In this document: piece after piece, positions 49,835 through 59,583 of the stretch | How the letters are laid out: each line of letters opens with the position of its first letter | Numbering within the stretch: position 1 is the stretch's first letter | Assembly (NCBI GenBank): GCA_035687895.1 | Contig: DASRUE010000064.1 | Coordinates: 7,281-71,280, forward strand | From: Bacteroidota bacterium | Lineage (GTDB): Bacteria; Bacteroidota; Ignavibacteria; UBA10030; UBA6906 | Direction: 5' to 3' | Length of the DNA: 64,000 bases | The notes under the pieces: generated by a model | The model's input: the letters and a program-made list of their open reading frames with translations, nothing else | Database searches by the model: none | Told to the model about the DNA's origin: nothing | Made by a program: the position numbers and the translations under genes

Positions 49835-51364
49835 GTGATTCATGATTCCTGGGCCTCGGTATCCTGGCGGCAATTTCGTCAACCCATGACCGACATCCTC
49901 TTCACCCATTCATACTTCCTCCACTTTGATCCGAAGGAGTACAAGGCGATGATGCCCTACCCTCCGCTCGGAACGCTCTATGCCGCGAGCGTAGCACGCG
50001 CAGCAGGCTATTCGGTTCAATTGTTCGACAGCATGCTTGCAACCAACGAAGACGAGATCCTCCCCGTTATCCGTGAACACCGTCCAAAAGTAGTTGTCAT
50101 CTACGATGATGATTTCAACTACCTCACCAAGATGTGTCTGACGCGCATGCGTGAAGCAGCGTTCACAATGGCCTCTCTTGCAAAGAGGGAAGGTTGCACG
50201 GTAATCGTTCATGGCTCTGATGCTGTTGACCATCTCGACAAGTACTTCAACCACTCCGTTGACTTCGTCATCTGTGGAGAAGGAGAACAGACGCTCCGTG
50301 AGACACTTGACCACCTCCTGAAAAATGGGAAGGCCAAGGAAGAGATTCCGGGTCTTGCATACATGAGCATGGGGACTGGTGCCACGAACACGGCGCGGCC
50401 TGTGGTTAAGGATCTCGATGCTCTCCCCTTTCCTGCGTGGGACATTGTCGACATTGAGCGATACCGGAGCGTCTGGAAGAGACGACATGGTTTTTTTTCA
50501 GTCAACATGGTCACCACGCGCGGATGCCCATTCCACTGCAATTGGTGTGCAAAGCCAATCTACGGTCAGGTGTACAGTTGTCGTTCGCCACGCAATGTGG
50601 TGGAGGAGATGCAATGGCTGAAACGGACCGTGAAACCCGACCACATCTGGTTCTGCGATGACATTTTTGGACTGAAACCAGGCTGGGTTGCCGCGTTCAG
50701 CAAAGAAGTGATAGATCAGGATGCGATCATTCCCTTCAAATGCCTGGCACGTGTTGACCTCCTGCTGAAGGAAGACGCCGTTGAGAATCTCCGGAAGGCG
50801 GGATGCACAACGGTGTGGGTAGGCGCAGAATCCGGTTCACAAAAGATTCTCGACGCGATGGACAAAGGCACAACAGTGAAGCAAATCTACGAGGCATGCC
50901 GACTTCTGAAGATGGCTGGAATATGTGTCGGCTTTTTTCTGCAGTACGGCTATCCGGGCGAAACCCGAGATGACATTAAACTGACGCTGAAGATGGTAAA
51001 GGAATGCATGCCCGATGAGATTGGTGTGTCTGTTTCCTACCCACTGCCGGGCACGAAGTTCTTTGAGAACGTGAAGACCCAGATGGGAGCGAAGCACAAC
51101 TGGACGGACAGCCAGGATCTCGCAATGATGTTTGGCGGTACCTACCACCCAAACTTTTACCGTGTGTTGCACAAAGTGACGCATAAGAAATTCCGGATCT
51201 GGAAGAGTACAGAACTCTTACAAAAAACGATGAAGCAACCCTGGCGATTCACCCCTCAGAATGTGAGGAGCCTGGCGGCGGGCATATACCATCGCTTCAC
51301 GTTGGCCGGAATAGAGAGCGAGATGGGTGAATTTCTGGCGGAACACAAGCATGCCGACTCTTGA
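49835..51364 (+). CDS. B12-binding-domain radical SAM protein (paralog 1)
   Basis: 509 aa; N-terminal cobalamin-binding Rossmann-like region (PYPPLGTLYAASVARAAGYSVQLFD) and CxxxCxxC (TTRGCPFHCNWCAKP); SD-like AAGGAGAG 6 nt upstream; alternative ATG at 49886. Confidence 0.8.
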   Translation: MIHDSWASVSWRQFRQPMTDILFTHSYFLHFDPKEYKAMMPYPPLGTLYAASVARAAGYSVQLFDSMLATNEDEILPVIREHRPKVVVIYDDDFNYLTKMCLTRMREAAFTMASLAKREGCTVIVHGSDAVDHLDKYFNHSVDFVICGEGEQTLRETLDHLLKNGKAKEEIPGLAYMSMGTGATNTARPVVKDLDALPFPAWDIVDIERYRSVWKRRHGFFSVNMVTTRGCPFHCNWCAKPIYGQVYSCRSPRNVVEEMQWLKRTVKPDHIWFCDDIFGLKPGWVAAFSKEVIDQDAIIPFKCLARVDLLLKEDAVENLRKAGCTTVWVGAESGSQKILDAMDKGTTVKQIYEACRLLKMAGICVGFFLQYGYPGETRDDIKLTLKMVKECMPDEIGVSVSYPLPGTKFFENVKTQMGAKHNWTDSQDLAMMFGGTYHPNFYRVLHKVTHKKFRIWKSTELLQKTMKQPWRFTPQNVRSLAAGIYHRFTLAGIESEMGEFLAEHKHADS

Positions 51365-51485
51365 ATAGCCACTTCCGATGCCTAATGGGGAGAATGAACC
51401 TGCTAACGTTTCAGAGGAGCGCTGAGGTCCCCGTCTACCGCTGCCCTTCGATATATCTTTCGAACTCGCACAGGAGGGCTAGCGA

Positions 51486-51773
51486 ATGAGCGCGTTCGTA
51501 ATTGTCGACATCAATGTCACTGATCCGGTCGGCTACGAGGAGTACAAGAAAACTGCGGCGCCTACCGTTGCCATGTATGGTGGCAAGTATCTGGCGAGGG
51601 GTGGCCGGACTGAAGTACTGGAAGGTAACTGGATTCCCAATCGATTAGTCATCCTGCAATTCGGAAGTGTTGACCAAGCGAAACAGTGGCTGGATTCGGC
51701 AGAATACAGAGCAATTAAACACCTCCGGCACCAAAATGCCGAATCGAATATGGTCGTCGTTGAAGGAGTGTAA
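51486..51773 (+). CDS. DUF1330 family protein
   Basis: 95 aa; MSAFVIVDINVTDPVGYEEYKK...VILQFGSVDQAKQW typical of DUF1330 (dimeric alpha+beta barrel); AGGAGG SD upstream. Confidence 0.55.
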   Translation: MSAFVIVDINVTDPVGYEEYKKTAAPTVAMYGGKYLARGGRTEVLEGNWIPNRLVILQFGSVDQAKQWLDSAEYRAIKHLRHQNAESNMVVVEGV

Positions 51774-51825
51774 CATCATCATCGTTGCTGCGACTCATGC
51801 ATAACACATAGAAAGGAGAGCCATC

Positions 51826-52095
51826 ATGGATGACAAAGTCCGCTGTCAGAGTTGCGGGATGCCACTCTCGGACGTGTTTGGGAATTACGGCACAAACAAG
51901 GATGGATCGGATAATACCGACTATTGCGCTTTTTGTTTCAAGGATGGAGCATTCACAAATCCGCGTCAGACAATGGACGAGATGATCAAGAGTTCCATTC
52001 TGAATATGACAAAGGACCTCCGGATGCCAGGAGAAAAGGCCATTCAACTGGCGAACGAGATTATCCCGAAACTGAAGCGATGGAAAAAGCCGTAA
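51826..52095 (+). CDS. Zinc-ribbon domain protein
   Basis: 89 aa; CQSCGMP...CAFCF four-Cys ribbon; AAAGGAGAG SD upstream. Confidence 0.5.
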   Translation: MDDKVRCQSCGMPLSDVFGNYGTNKDGSDNTDYCAFCFKDGAFTNPRQTMDEMIKSSILNMTKDLRMPGEKAIQLANEIIPKLKRWKKP

Positions 52096-52135
52096 TGTAA
52101 ACAGGGGATCACTGGGTATTGATCTTTGTCCCTAA

Positions 52136-53572
52136 TTGGAAATCGCCAATGAGTGCCGTCTCAATGTCAAAGGTTCTGCATTGGATATTGTTCTGACACA
52201 CGGGTATTTTCTTCAGGAAGATGAGGCCGAGAAACGGATCATGAAACCGTATCCGACGCTCGGGATTCTTTACATCTCCGCGTACCTCAAATCCAAGGGT
52301 TTTCATGTAGAGGTTTTTGACTCGACATTCCAGTCGAAGAAGGCGTTCACCCGGTACCTTGCCGACACGCGGCCTTCCATCGTAGGCATTTACGTCAACT
52401 TGATGACAAAATTGAATGCCCTCTGGATGATTCGGGAATGCAAGGCACATGGTTGTACTGTGATCGTTGGTGGCCCGGAGATTCCGTACTATGGCGAAGA
52501 TTTTCTGAAACGCGGGGCGGATGTTGGCGTGATTGGTGAGGGTGAGCTGACGCTTCAAGAGTTGATCCCCCATCTCCAGAAGTCCGGCGCCAGCGGGATG
52601 CAACATGTCAGCGGAATCGTCTACCGCGAAAACGACGGCACCATCATCCGGACACCAGAGCGGCAGTTGATTGCCGACCTCGATCAACTTCCCGATCCTG
52701 ACCGCGGCGCGATCGATCTTGCGCGCTACATACAGACATGGAAGACACACCATGGGAAGGGATCAGTCTCCCTCATTTGTGCACGAGGTTGTCCGTTTAC
52801 CTGTACGTGGTGCAGCCGCTCGGTATTTGGTGATACGCACCGTCGGCGTTCGCCGCAGCGTGTGGTGGATGAGATCGAGTTTCTTCTTGCCACGTACCAT
52901 CCCGACATGCTCTGGTTTGCCGATGACGTCTTCACCATCAACCACCGGTGGTTCTATCAGTTTCATGATGAAATGAAGCGACGGAACATCCGGATCCCCT
53001 TTGAGTGTATTTCCCGCGCAGACCGGCTGAACGAGGATATCCTGCAGAAGATGGCCGAACTTGGGTCATTCCGCATATGGTATGGCTCAGAAAGCGGTTC
53101 TCAGAAAATCCTCGATGCAATGCAACGACGGGTAAAGGTGGAACAAATCCAGACGATCACGCGCCTCGCTCAGAAATATGGCATCGAGGCTGGGCTATTT
53201 GTGATGCTTGGCTACCCCGGGGAAGAGATTGAAGACATCGACGCCACCATCGAACATTTGAAAGCGACGAAGCCCGATACATATCTCACCACGGTGGCCT
53301 ATCCAATCAAGGGCACGACGATGTACAACGAAGTTCGGGACCGTTTACTGGTCAATGACGATTGGGCAAGCAGCACCGACAGGAGCATCGACTTTAGAGG
53401 GAGACATTCCTCAAGGTTCTACTACTTTGCCACCCGGCATATGGTGAATGAGGTGCTGTTCTTTCGCCTCAGAAGCAACGGCCACCGGCCGTTCGGCCCC
53501 CGCCTCACATCGTTTGCTAAGTCCAAGCTTGCCCGGATAGGCATGCATCTGACAGAACGGACCCGCACCTGA
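52136..53572 (+). CDS. B12-binding-domain radical SAM protein (paralog 2)
   Basis: 478 aa; collinear with paralog 1 (KPYPTLGILYISAYLKSKGFHVEVFD; CARGCPFTCTWCSRS). Confidence 0.8.
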   Translation: MEIANECRLNVKGSALDIVLTHGYFLQEDEAEKRIMKPYPTLGILYISAYLKSKGFHVEVFDSTFQSKKAFTRYLADTRPSIVGIYVNLMTKLNALWMIRECKAHGCTVIVGGPEIPYYGEDFLKRGADVGVIGEGELTLQELIPHLQKSGASGMQHVSGIVYRENDGTIIRTPERQLIADLDQLPDPDRGAIDLARYIQTWKTHHGKGSVSLICARGCPFTCTWCSRSVFGDTHRRRSPQRVVDEIEFLLATYHPDMLWFADDVFTINHRWFYQFHDEMKRRNIRIPFECISRADRLNEDILQKMAELGSFRIWYGSESGSQKILDAMQRRVKVEQIQTITRLAQKYGIEAGLFVMLGYPGEEIEDIDATIEHLKATKPDTYLTTVAYPIKGTTMYNEVRDRLLVNDDWASSTDRSIDFRGRHSSRFYYFATRHMVNEVLFFRLRSNGHRPFGPRLTSFAKSKLARIGMHLTERTRT

Positions 53573-53575
53573 AGC

Positions 53576-54400
53576 ATGACAACCCGGGCACCAATGATCG
53601 AGCAACGGCCATTTGATGCAGCCGCGTCACTGTATGACCAGGAATTCGACGGCCATCGGCCTACTGTTCGCCTCCGACAGATTATGATGAAGTTGTTCCT
53701 CAGGTACTTTCCCATTCATAGCTCGCTTCTTGAATTGAATTGTGGCACTGGGACCGACGCCATTGCGTTGGCAAACCATCGTATGACCGTTTACGCGACA
53801 GATGATTCCCCAGCGATGGTATCATCTGCGCGGGAAAAAGTGTCGATGGCAGGACTTACCTCTCACATTATCGTTGACCGACTCGCTTTTGATCAACTGG
53901 ATCAACTCCGCGGCAAGGTGTTTGACGGAGTATACTCGAACTTTGGCGGACTGAACTGTGTCCCCGATCTCTCTTCCATCGCTGCTGATGTGAGCGTGCT
54001 ATTGAAGCCTGGTGGTTTCTTCGTCCTTTGCGTGATGACAGACTTCAGTATCTGGGAGACGACCGCGTTTCTCCTTCGGCTCCGATGGCAGAGTGCCTTC
54101 CGTCGTTTGCGGAGAGACGGCGTTGACGCAAGGGTTCATGAAACGACTCTCCGTATCTACTATCACTCTCCTGATTCTATCCGGTCAGCTTTCGAGCCAT
54201 GGTTCGAGCTGGTCGAGATGGGCGGGCTGAGTGTTTTCACTCCCCCACCCGGCGCAACAAAAGCGAACAGAGTGCTTCGCCCCATCATCCCCTTGCTGGA
54301 CCTTCTCGACAACGCTGTGTATCGCTGGTATCCCTTCCGTCGCATTGGGGACCATTGCTATATCGTCATGAGACGCACTACGCGGGAGAGTCTGGCATGA
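53576..54400 (+). CDS. Class I SAM-dependent methyltransferase (paralog A)
   Basis: 274 aa; motif I LELNCGTGTDAIALA and motif post-I/II LKPGGFFVL; stop overlaps the next start (ATGA). Confidence 0.75.
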   Translation: MTTRAPMIEQRPFDAAASLYDQEFDGHRPTVRLRQIMMKLFLRYFPIHSSLLELNCGTGTDAIALANHRMTVYATDDSPAMVSSAREKVSMAGLTSHIIVDRLAFDQLDQLRGKVFDGVYSNFGGLNCVPDLSSIAADVSVLLKPGGFFVLCVMTDFSIWETTAFLLRLRWQSAFRRLRRDGVDARVHETTLRIYYHSPDSIRSAFEPWFELVEMGGLSVFTPPPGATKANRVLRPIIPLLDLLDNAVYRWYPFRRIGDHCYIVMRRTTRESLA

Positions 54401-55572
54401 ATGTCAACACCATGCGGGCAATAGACAGGTATGTCGGCATTCCACTCTGCTGGGCAACGGGGATCTGGAGCAATCTCTTCAGGCACAGGAAACAACTTGC
54501 GCCAGAGCAGTGGAGATCCGTTCTCGTAATGAAGTTTTTCGGGATGGGAAGTGTTCTGCTTTCATCGTCCTTTGTTTCGGCGCTCCATGAACGGCTTCCA
54601 AACGTGAAGATCATTTATCTGACCTTTGGTGCTAATCTGGAAATGCTTGAGATGCTGCCTCAGGTATCATTCCGACTAGCGATCTCCACATCTTCCCTGC
54701 ATCAGTTCATCTATGATTCCTTTAGGGCCTGGCGATTGATCCAGAGGGAATCGGTGGATGCTACATTCGATCTGGAGTTCTTCTCAAAATTTTCGACCCT
54801 TGTGTCATTCCTGTCCAGAGCACCTGTTCGAGTTGGCTATGCCTTACCTACTTACTGGCGGCGAATGCATCTGACCGTTCCCGTCCCTTTCGGGCATAAC
54901 AAGCACGTGACCCAAGTATTCCTCAGTCAGCTGCAAGCTGTCGGGCTCCCGCCGCAGCAAACCGCTTCGGTCACATCTCTACAAGCCTCTCTGATAATCA
55001 ATGCGTGCATGGAACGCGCTCTCAATCTTCAGTCGAATGGATTTGAGATCATTGCCGTGAACATTAACGCAGGGCCCACATCCCTGGAGCGTCGATGGCC
55101 CCCCGGGCGTTTCATAGAGGTGTGTCGTGTGCTTCTCGCCGAGAGGCCGGGCGTGCGATTCGTATTCACGGGAAGCACAGAAGAAAGGGGCTACGTCGAA
55201 GAAGCGCTACGTCACGATGTTGGCGTTCAGCACAACTCCATCAACGCTGCAGGACTCCTTTCTCTTGGCGAACTGATAGCGTTGCTTGAACGATCCTCTC
55301 TTCTTCTCACCAATGATAGCGGCCCCATGCACATTGCGGCCGCGATGGGCAGGCCTGTTGTGGCACTCTTTGGACCCGAGTCGCCCGCATTTTATGGCCC
55401 TTCCGCTCAATCCTCTCTTACCATCTACAAAGCGATCTCCTGCAGCCCGTGTTTGAATGCTTACAATGCCAAACTCTTTGTCTGCCCGTTTGATGCCAGA
55501 TGTATGAAGGAGATCTCAATAGCCGAAGTGCTTGCTGCCGTTCGCTCTCTCCGTCCAGCCCTCGTCACGTAA
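54397..55572 (+). CDS. Glycosyltransferase family 9 (heptosyltransferase-like)
   Basis: Start reassigned to MNVNTMRAIDRY (the ORF-track upstream extension overlaps the methyltransferase); GT9 motifs VLVMKFFGMGSVLLSS and TNDSGPMHIAAAMGRPVVALFGPE. Confidence 0.75.
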   Translation: MNVNTMRAIDRYVGIPLCWATGIWSNLFRHRKQLAPEQWRSVLVMKFFGMGSVLLSSSFVSALHERLPNVKIIYLTFGANLEMLEMLPQVSFRLAISTSSLHQFIYDSFRAWRLIQRESVDATFDLEFFSKFSTLVSFLSRAPVRVGYALPTYWRRMHLTVPVPFGHNKHVTQVFLSQLQAVGLPPQQTASVTSLQASLIINACMERALNLQSNGFEIIAVNINAGPTSLERRWPPGRFIEVCRVLLAERPGVRFVFTGSTEERGYVEEALRHDVGVQHNSINAAGLLSLGELIALLERSSLLLTNDSGPMHIAAAMGRPVVALFGPESPAFYGPSAQSSLTIYKAISCSPCLNAYNAKLFVCPFDARCMKEISIAEVLAAVRSLRPALVT

Positions 55573-55577
55573 AACCC

Positions 55578-56837
55578 ATGCGGATCTTTCCCCGGCCACT
55601 GTTCGGTTACCTCGCTCTTCTTGTGCTTTTCGTGCTGGTTGTGTACCGCGGCGTTTTCCCCGCGTTCACTCAGATCGATACAGATTTTCCCAACTACTAT
55701 ACGGCCGCACGGATTGTCCTTGAACAAGGCGACGTCAACCGTTTGTACGACGATCAATGGTTCCAGGAACAGATCTCCGCCCACCGGATACAGGCAAAAG
55801 GAAAGTTCTCGCCATTTCCGCCAACCACCGCATTGTTGGCCACGCCGCTGGGCCTGGTGCAACCTCAGACGGCGTTGCGGCTCCTTACGTTAGTCAATCT
55901 GATTTGCGTTTCCATTTGCGTCATACTCCTCGCACAGGCAACATCGTTTGAGTTCCCCGATGTCGCCGTGTTCGTTCTTCTCGCTGGGGTTGGACTCATC
56001 AATTGTATTCGCTTCGGCCAGTGGTACATTGTTGTTGCGCTATCCATCATTGCAGGATATGTTCTCTATCAGCATGGTCGCTTCATTTTGTCGGGTATCT
56101 GTTTTGGTCTCTTTGTTCCAGTCAAGTATTTTCCCATTCTGTTTGTTCTTTATTTCGCAGCGCGCAAGGAATGGCGGCTGGTAGTGTCAGCAATCGCCAC
56201 CAGCATGCTACTGATCCTTGTAAGCCTGCTAGTATTGGGGTGGGAGATCCACTATGCATTTCTCACATCTGTCCTTGGCGATCATTTGCAATCCCGGTAT
56301 ACCTTGCAGAGTCCGTTTACAGGCACCTTCCAATCGTTCGATAGCCTACTTCATCAGCTTATGGTGTATGACCCCGAGCAGAACCCTCGTCCAGCGGTCC
56401 TCTCTGCAGACATGTTACCGGATGTCAAGTGGGGAATTGTCACCTTCCTTGTATTGGTGGCGCTTGTCTCCATCTTCAGGTCCCAAAGGCTCGGTGCTTC
56501 TGCGTCAGTCTCCTTATCCCTTTCGCTCTTGAGTGTTCTTGGTTTGCTGATTGCGCCAGGAGGGGCAACATACCACTTTGTCCTTCTCTGGCTCCCTTGT
56601 GCATTGCTATTGCAGTGGCTGGACAACACAGGACGGAATCGGCTTTTCCTTCTAACTCTCCTCATCTACGGGGCAATAGGATTCATCCCCTACAGCCTGT
56701 TCCACTCGTTCGAAGGTCGGGGCTGGCTGTCGGTCCTTGCTTTCCCGCGGCTATGCCTGATGATCCTCCTCTTCTTCGTTGCGGTAGTAACCATGTGGTT
56801 ACCCGCAACCAGGCAGCCTCTGGCACGTAATGTATGA
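55578..56837 (+). CDS. Polytopic membrane protein, DUF2029/GT87-like putative GT-C glycosyltransferase
   Basis: 419 aa; 10 or more transmembrane helices; first periplasmic loop with FPNYYTAARIVLEQGD...YDDQW resembling the DUF2029 family; start reassigned to MRIFPRPLFGY. Confidence 0.45.
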   Translation: MRIFPRPLFGYLALLVLFVLVVYRGVFPAFTQIDTDFPNYYTAARIVLEQGDVNRLYDDQWFQEQISAHRIQAKGKFSPFPPTTALLATPLGLVQPQTALRLLTLVNLICVSICVILLAQATSFEFPDVAVFVLLAGVGLINCIRFGQWYIVVALSIIAGYVLYQHGRFILSGICFGLFVPVKYFPILFVLYFAARKEWRLVVSAIATSMLLILVSLLVLGWEIHYAFLTSVLGDHLQSRYTLQSPFTGTFQSFDSLLHQLMVYDPEQNPRPAVLSADMLPDVKWGIVTFLVLVALVSIFRSQRLGASASVSLSLSLLSVLGLLIAPGGATYHFVLLWLPCALLLQWLDNTGRNRLFLLTLLIYGAIGFIPYSLFHSFEGRGWLSVLAFPRLCLMILLFFVAVVTMWLPATRQPLARNV

Positions 56838-56922
56838 TAGTAGTATCTTGAGAGACGAGAACTTTCTATGTGCTTCCCGCGTTAGATTATATACTTACTG
56901 AGTCATATAGAATCGACAGGTA

Positions 56923-58197
56923 ATGGGTACCTCCCTCAGCATGGGGTTTATTGTGTTCAGGATCGGTCTTCCTCTTGTGTTGTTGTTCATACAAATTGTG
57001 CTCTACCGTCGCACCATGCGGTGGCTCCGGCAGACATTTCCCTCCCGACCGGTTCTCCGCCACACGGCTCGAGGCATTTTCCTTCTTTTCAATCTCTCAC
57101 TTGCCTATGTCGTGTTCATGCACCCTCAGCTAGGAGGAGTTCCGGCATGGTTTATCTATGGCGCGGCCTATCCGTTTTTCATCTGGCACGGCGCAACGTT
57201 TTTCCTTGGTTTGGGGATTTTCATTGCCACGATCGTGAAAGCACCGTTCACTGTCCCGTTCTGGATTTCCAAACGAATTCCAGCCTCGAGGAAAAAGATC
57301 GAAGCAATAAGGGCGGTGCCATCGTTCCAACAATTCGATGTCTCCCGTCGAGTATTCCTGCGCCGCAGCATGTATGGCTTGACTGCCGCGTCGTTTGCTG
57401 GTACGGCGTACGGCATGCTGATCGAGAAGAACGACGTAGAGGTAAACGACGCGGAGTTTTTCATCCCGAATCTGCCACAGGAATTGGATGGTTTCACTAT
57501 CGCCCTCGCCAGCGACATCCACTCAAGTCTCTACATGACTAAGGAAGACATGCAGGAGTATGCACTTCGGATTAACGACATGAAGACGGACATGATTGCG
57601 GTGGTGGGTGACTTCGTCAACGGGGCGATTTCCGAAGTGTATCCGTTTGCGGAAGCCTTCGGCAGCCTCAGCGCGCCGCTCGGTGTGTACGGCGTGATGG
57701 GCAATCACGACTTCTACAATCCTGACCCTGACATGGTGGCAAAGGAGGTGGATGGGTGTGGCATCAAGTTGCTACGGGATGACAAAGTCATTGTCGAAAA
57801 GAACGGTGCGAAGTTCTACCTTATCGGAGTCGATGATGTTGGAAGGGCAAATACGGCAACGGTCAAGCTCGATGCTGCACTCAGGTCCACGCCGCTGAAG
57901 ATTCCGCGCATTCTTCTCTGCCATCGGCCGTACTACCTGCCGGAAGCATCGGAACGAAATATCGACCTGATGCTTAGTGGGCATACACATGGAGGACAAG
58001 TGGTGCTTGGACAGTTTGGCGATCTTGTTATTGCACCTGCTTCATTCGCCTCGCGCTACGTCTGGGGGAAGTACCGAATCGGCGATACGCATATGTACGT
58101 ATCCCGAGGAATTGGCACGGTTGGACTCCCAATCCGTTTGAACTGCCCGCCTGAGCTCACGCGAATCACACTGCGGAGTGCCATGCCTGCTATTTAA
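56923..58197 (+). CDS. Membrane-anchored metallophosphoesterase (calcineurin-like)
   Basis: 424 aa; four or more N-terminal transmembrane helices then MPP motifs LASDIHS, VVGDFVNG, GNHDFY, GHTHGGQ. Confidence 0.7.
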   Translation: MGTSLSMGFIVFRIGLPLVLLFIQIVLYRRTMRWLRQTFPSRPVLRHTARGIFLLFNLSLAYVVFMHPQLGGVPAWFIYGAAYPFFIWHGATFFLGLGIFIATIVKAPFTVPFWISKRIPASRKKIEAIRAVPSFQQFDVSRRVFLRRSMYGLTAASFAGTAYGMLIEKNDVEVNDAEFFIPNLPQELDGFTIALASDIHSSLYMTKEDMQEYALRINDMKTDMIAVVGDFVNGAISEVYPFAEAFGSLSAPLGVYGVMGNHDFYNPDPDMVAKEVDGCGIKLLRDDKVIVEKNGAKFYLIGVDDVGRANTATVKLDAALRSTPLKIPRILLCHRPYYLPEASERNIDLMLSGHTHGGQVVLGQFGDLVIAPASFASRYVWGKYRIGDTHMYVSRGIGTVGLPIRLNCPPELTRITLRSAMPAI

Positions 58198-58211
58198 GAT
58201 GCTGGCAGGTT

Positions 58212-59510
58212 TTGTCTATTCGTTCATCTCTCACCATCCCTTGTTTGTTCTTGACCTCCTCTCCTCCATCCAATGTCGTTGGAAGTCTTCTCCAATCATC
58301 CGCGATATACTTCCTCAGCTCAGTGTTCACCAACGGCGCGACGTTTCTCAACTCGATTGCCGTTTCATGGTACCTTGGCAAGGTGGGCTTGGGTGAATTC
58401 TCCCTCTGTCTAACAGCCGTCTTGATTGCTCTCCTTCTGTCGGACATGGGGTTGAACACAATCGTTTTGCGCGACTACTCTGGTAGAAATGAACCCGCCT
58501 CACCATCTCTCCGGTTTCTCTTGGGAATCAGAACTCTCGCCGCATCTGCAGTCACCGTTGTTATCATCGCGGTTGGTGTTTCGGTCTTTCAGGAGTCCGC
58601 GCCTCTCGTTGTCGCTGCATCCCTATTGATTTTGCCCCGTTCCATTTCCGGGGTGGCTGAGAGCTACCTGAAGGCGCGGATCCAACGGCGAACCGTCTTT
58701 GCTATCGCAATCGTTTCGTCCATCCTCCAGATCCTCTTAGTTTGGGAAGTGGCGGCTGGCGGCAACAGCCTTACCATGATCTTCTTTGTGCTGGCTGCAC
58801 TCGAATATGGGAAATCACTTATCCTCTTGCTCATCCTGCGGCCCACGCTCCAATCCCAAAACAACTCCGTTCCGATTCAGCAATCAGGTTTGAGATCTTT
58901 GCTTGTACAAGGACTTCCCTTCGCGATCATTGCCCTCCTTTCTCTTCTCGGTGAGCGCGCAGATCTCTTTTTCCTTGCCGCTCTACGAGGAGCGGCGGAG
59001 ACTGGAATCTACGCGGGCGCCGAGCGATTCCTTATGCTCGGTAACTTGTTTGCCTTCTCATTCTACGGCTCCGCCCTGCCTGTTTTCTCCTCGTTCCGGA
59101 GACAGGCTGATTATCGCGCCGTGGTGCGAAAGACACTCCTTTTCGCTCTCGTCCTTTCCTCCGGCGCGGCTTTCATACTCGGTGTTGGGGCCCGGTTGAT
59201 CATAGCTACGACTTTCCGCTTCGAGGAATCCGTCCTGCTGCTGCGGATACTTGCCGCCACCTTCCCTGGAATTGTCATCAACTCAATTCTAAGAATAGCC
59301 CTCTTCTCCGTTCAGCGGGAGCGCCCAGTGGCAACCGTGTTTGTCGTTGCCATTGCCCTGAATACAATCCTTAATCTCATATTCATCCCTCGTTTTGGTG
59401 CACTGGCCGCCGCCTTTATTGCCGTGGGTACAGAGTACGCAATTATGTTCGGACATTTGCGGTTGTACCTGTCCTTTGAACATGACAAGTGGCCATCTCG
59501 CAATTATTGA
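58212..59510 (+). CDS. Oligosaccharide flippase (Wzx/MOP superfamily)
   Basis: 432 aa; 12 or more predicted transmembrane helices and a Wzx-like N-terminal region; start codon uncertain (track uses TTG). Confidence 0.6.
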   Translation: MSIRSSLTIPCLFLTSSPPSNVVGSLLQSSAIYFLSSVFTNGATFLNSIAVSWYLGKVGLGEFSLCLTAVLIALLLSDMGLNTIVLRDYSGRNEPASPSLRFLLGIRTLAASAVTVVIIAVGVSVFQESAPLVVAASLLILPRSISGVAESYLKARIQRRTVFAIAIVSSILQILLVWEVAAGGNSLTMIFFVLAALEYGKSLILLLILRPTLQSQNNSVPIQQSGLRSLLVQGLPFAIIALLSLLGERADLFFLAALRGAAETGIYAGAERFLMLGNLFAFSFYGSALPVFSSFRRQADYRAVVRKTLLFALVLSSGAAFILGVGARLIIATTFRFEESVLLLRILAATFPGIVINSILRIALFSVQRERPVATVFVVAIALNTILNLIFIPRFGALAAAFIAVGTEYAIMFGHLRLYLSFEHDKWPSRNY

Positions 59511-59583
59511 CTTTGAGAAGAGTTTCAAACATCTTGCTTTACAATCAATAGTAGTTCATGTTTTTCCGTTATCCACGAAGACA

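Noticed and set aside
51365-51485. Possible cobalamin riboswitch in the intergenic gap inside the B12-rSAM block
   Set aside because: No B12-box-like consensus or the expected paired regions could be found by eye. The gap is more simply a spacer with an SD for the DUF1330 gene. An Rfam scan would be definitive.
54199-54396. Upstream extension of the GT9 ORF, and similarly 55500-55577 and 59395-59583 for the following genes
   Set aside because: The extensions overlap the preceding genes in other frames and encode Arg/Ser/Pro-rich non-domain sequence. Internal ATGs give ATGA-type coupling and family-typical N-termini.
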